Shown piece by piece: positions 62,999 through 64,000 of a stretch of 64,000 bases of DNA. The position numbers and the translations under genes were made by a program. Each line of letters begins with the position of its first letter. Position 1 is the stretch's first letter. The notes below the pieces were generated by a model. The model searched no databases, had not been told where the DNA came from, and was given only the letters and a program-made list of their open reading frames with translations. Source of the DNA: Chthoniobacter sp. (lineage in GTDB: Bacteria; Verrucomicrobiota; Verrucomicrobiia; Chthoniobacterales; Chthoniobacteraceae); contig JANMTP010000047.1 in assembly GCA_031390545.1 (NCBI GenBank), positions 8,930-72,929 of the forward strand, read 5' to 3'.

Positions 62999-63790
62999 TT
63001 AGTTTTTCCGGGCGGCGGTTTTCTTGCTGGCGGAAGCCATCTGGGCGGGCGTCCACATTTCGATTTTCTCCGCGCCTTTGGGCGGAGTGAAAGCGAAGTC
63101 GGCATCGGTCATCGGTGCGGCGAGATTCCAGGACGAGAAGTGGACGCGCACCTGCGGCTGGCCGTCGCGTTTGAAGGTCGCAACGAGTTTGCGCGGCAGC
63201 GAATCGCTCACCGCGATCCACAGTTCCGCGTCGGCGACTTGGCCCTTCAGCGCGAGGCGATGGCACTCCACGCCGCCTAAGCCGAGGAAGCCCGCGGCGA
63301 TATTTTCGCGTCCCACGTAGGCGGCACTCTGCGCCTGCTCGCGGAGACCCCGGTAGGGATTGCTCACCGCAAACTCCGCGAGGGGCGGGGTGAAGCCATA
63401 CTTCTGATCGAGCGCGGCGACGACCCCGTCGATGTCCGTGCGCATCGGCAGCGTGGCATAGGTATTCGCCCTCCCATCGAGCAGCGAGAGCGTGCGTCCG
63501 TCCGCGTAGAAGTGCCGCACGCCGAGATTCGTCCTCGCATGGGCCGCGAGCTTGTTTGGCCGGAGCACGCGCGCTTCGACGTTCGCCCGCTCAGCGACTG
63601 CGGATCCCACGAGCAGCGCGGGATCGATCTCGCGTTGCGCTTTGAAGGTGAAACTGCGGGCCGAGCTGAGTTTGTCCGACATTTGCCGGAGGATCTGATC
63701 GGCATTCGGTTGGTCGGCGGCAAAAGCGCCGCCTGCGAGGACCACGGACAGGACAAGACTGAGGGTGGTAGGGTGGGTTTTTGGGATCAT
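62999..63790 (-). CDS. DUF2092-family (LolA-like fold) periplasmic protein
   Basis: Signal peptide. ADQILRQMSDKLSSARSFTF...GVECHRLALKG...ELWIAVSDSLPRK...FSSWNL...DADFAFTPPKGAEKIEM follows the DUF2092 pattern. Confidence 0.7.
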   Translation of the reverse strand: MIPKTHPTTLSLVLSVVLAGGAFAADQPNADQILRQMSDKLSSARSFTFKAQREIDPALLVGSAVAERANVEARVLRPNKLAAHARTNLGVRHFYADGRTLSLLDGRANTYATLPMRTDIDGVVAALDQKYGFTPPLAEFAVSNPYRGLREQAQSAAYVGRENIAAGFLGLGGVECHRLALKGQVADAELWIAVSDSLPRKLVATFKRDGQPQVRVHFSSWNLAAPMTDADFAFTPPKGAEKIEMWTPAQMASASKKTAARKN

Positions 63791-63840
63791 GAGTTGGGCT
63801 TGGTTAGGGGCGGTGGCGGGTTTGTCGCTTGAGATACGAG

Positions 63841-64000
63841 TCACTTCGCAACGCTGTTGCCCTGCGGTGCGGGGTCTGACGAAGAGGCCTTAGGGAGGGA
63901 GACGATGGGCAGGCGCCCATCGGTCTGCCACGGGTCGCCGCCGCCGTTGCGGCCTTGGAGTTCCTTGTGAAAGCCATCGATCCAGCGCGTGTCGGAAACG
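63841..64000 (-). CDS. 3' end of an unidentified ORF running off the window
   Basis: Open minus-strand frame from 63999 to stop TGA (plus-strand tca at 63841-63843), reading ...WIDGFHKELQGRNGGGDPWQTDGRLPIV.... No motif recognised. Confidence 0.25.
   Translation of the reverse strand, partial: VSDTRWIDGFHKELQGRNGGGDPWQTDGRLPIVSLPKASSSDPAPQGNSVAK

Noticed and set aside
1-64000. Scan for tRNA/rRNA genes, CRISPR arrays, IS/transposase or integrase genes, and toxin-antitoxin or known defence-system genes.
   Set aside because: I found no T-loop/acceptor-like tRNA signatures (such as GGTTCGAATCC), no regularly spaced direct repeats, and no DDE transposase, integrase or nuclease/ATPase defence motifs in any ORF. 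This was done by eye only, so small elements could have been missed.

Overview
High-GC (about 62-63% in hand-counted lines) Gram-negative chromosomal segment, almost entirely devoted to cell-envelope glycan and surface-protein biogenesis. No rRNA, tRNA, CRISPR, transposase or phage genes were recognised. The taxon cannot be determined; the gene content is typical of PEP-CTERM/exosortase-bearing bacteria such as Verrucomicrobiota-like lineages.

Layout:
(i) 1-15.1 kb, + strand: a tightly coupled polysaccharide locus with an SDR epimerase, a flippase, 2 methyltransferases, about 9 glycosyltransferases, 2 hexapeptide acetyltransferases and UDP-galactopyranose mutase.
(ii) 15.6-25.4 kb, - strand: a second glycan block with an O-antigen-ligase-like/TPR fusion, a secreted beta-helix protein, a VanZ-like protein, a GT2, a methyltransferase, an N-terminally deleted GT4, a Wzy-like polymerase and a GT4.
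(iii) 25.6-27 kb: a TPM-domain protein and an orphan OmpR-type response regulator.
(iv) 27.5-43.5 kb: a 3,939-aa filamentous-haemagglutinin-type (TpsA-like) giant exoprotein. A second O-antigen-ligase-like/TPR fusion follows it after 2 nt, then a secreted Sel1-repeat protein. No TpsB transporter is present in the window.
(v) 43.6-51.6 kb, - strand: an exosortase cassette with an exosortase-EpsI fusion, a frameshifted ~1,000-aa TPR protein, one PEP-CTERM protein, a PstS-fold secreted protein and a hypothetical protein.
(vi) 51.6-60.6 kb: a markedly lower-GC block (about 40-57% in sampled lines) with a choice-of-anchor-Q-like beta-helix protein, a phosphoglycosyltransferase fused to a GT26, an OM beta-barrel, Wza-like and Wzc-like genes. 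A TolC-family gene remnant lies just beyond its right edge.
(vii) 61-64 kb: cardiolipin synthase, a small secreted repeat protein, a DUF2092/LolA-like protein and a partial ORF.

The most interesting candidate is the giant adhesin + Wzy_C-TPR + Sel1 module, which may be a dedicated surface-protein glycosylation or anchoring system. All domain calls come from reading motifs by eye. No searches were run.
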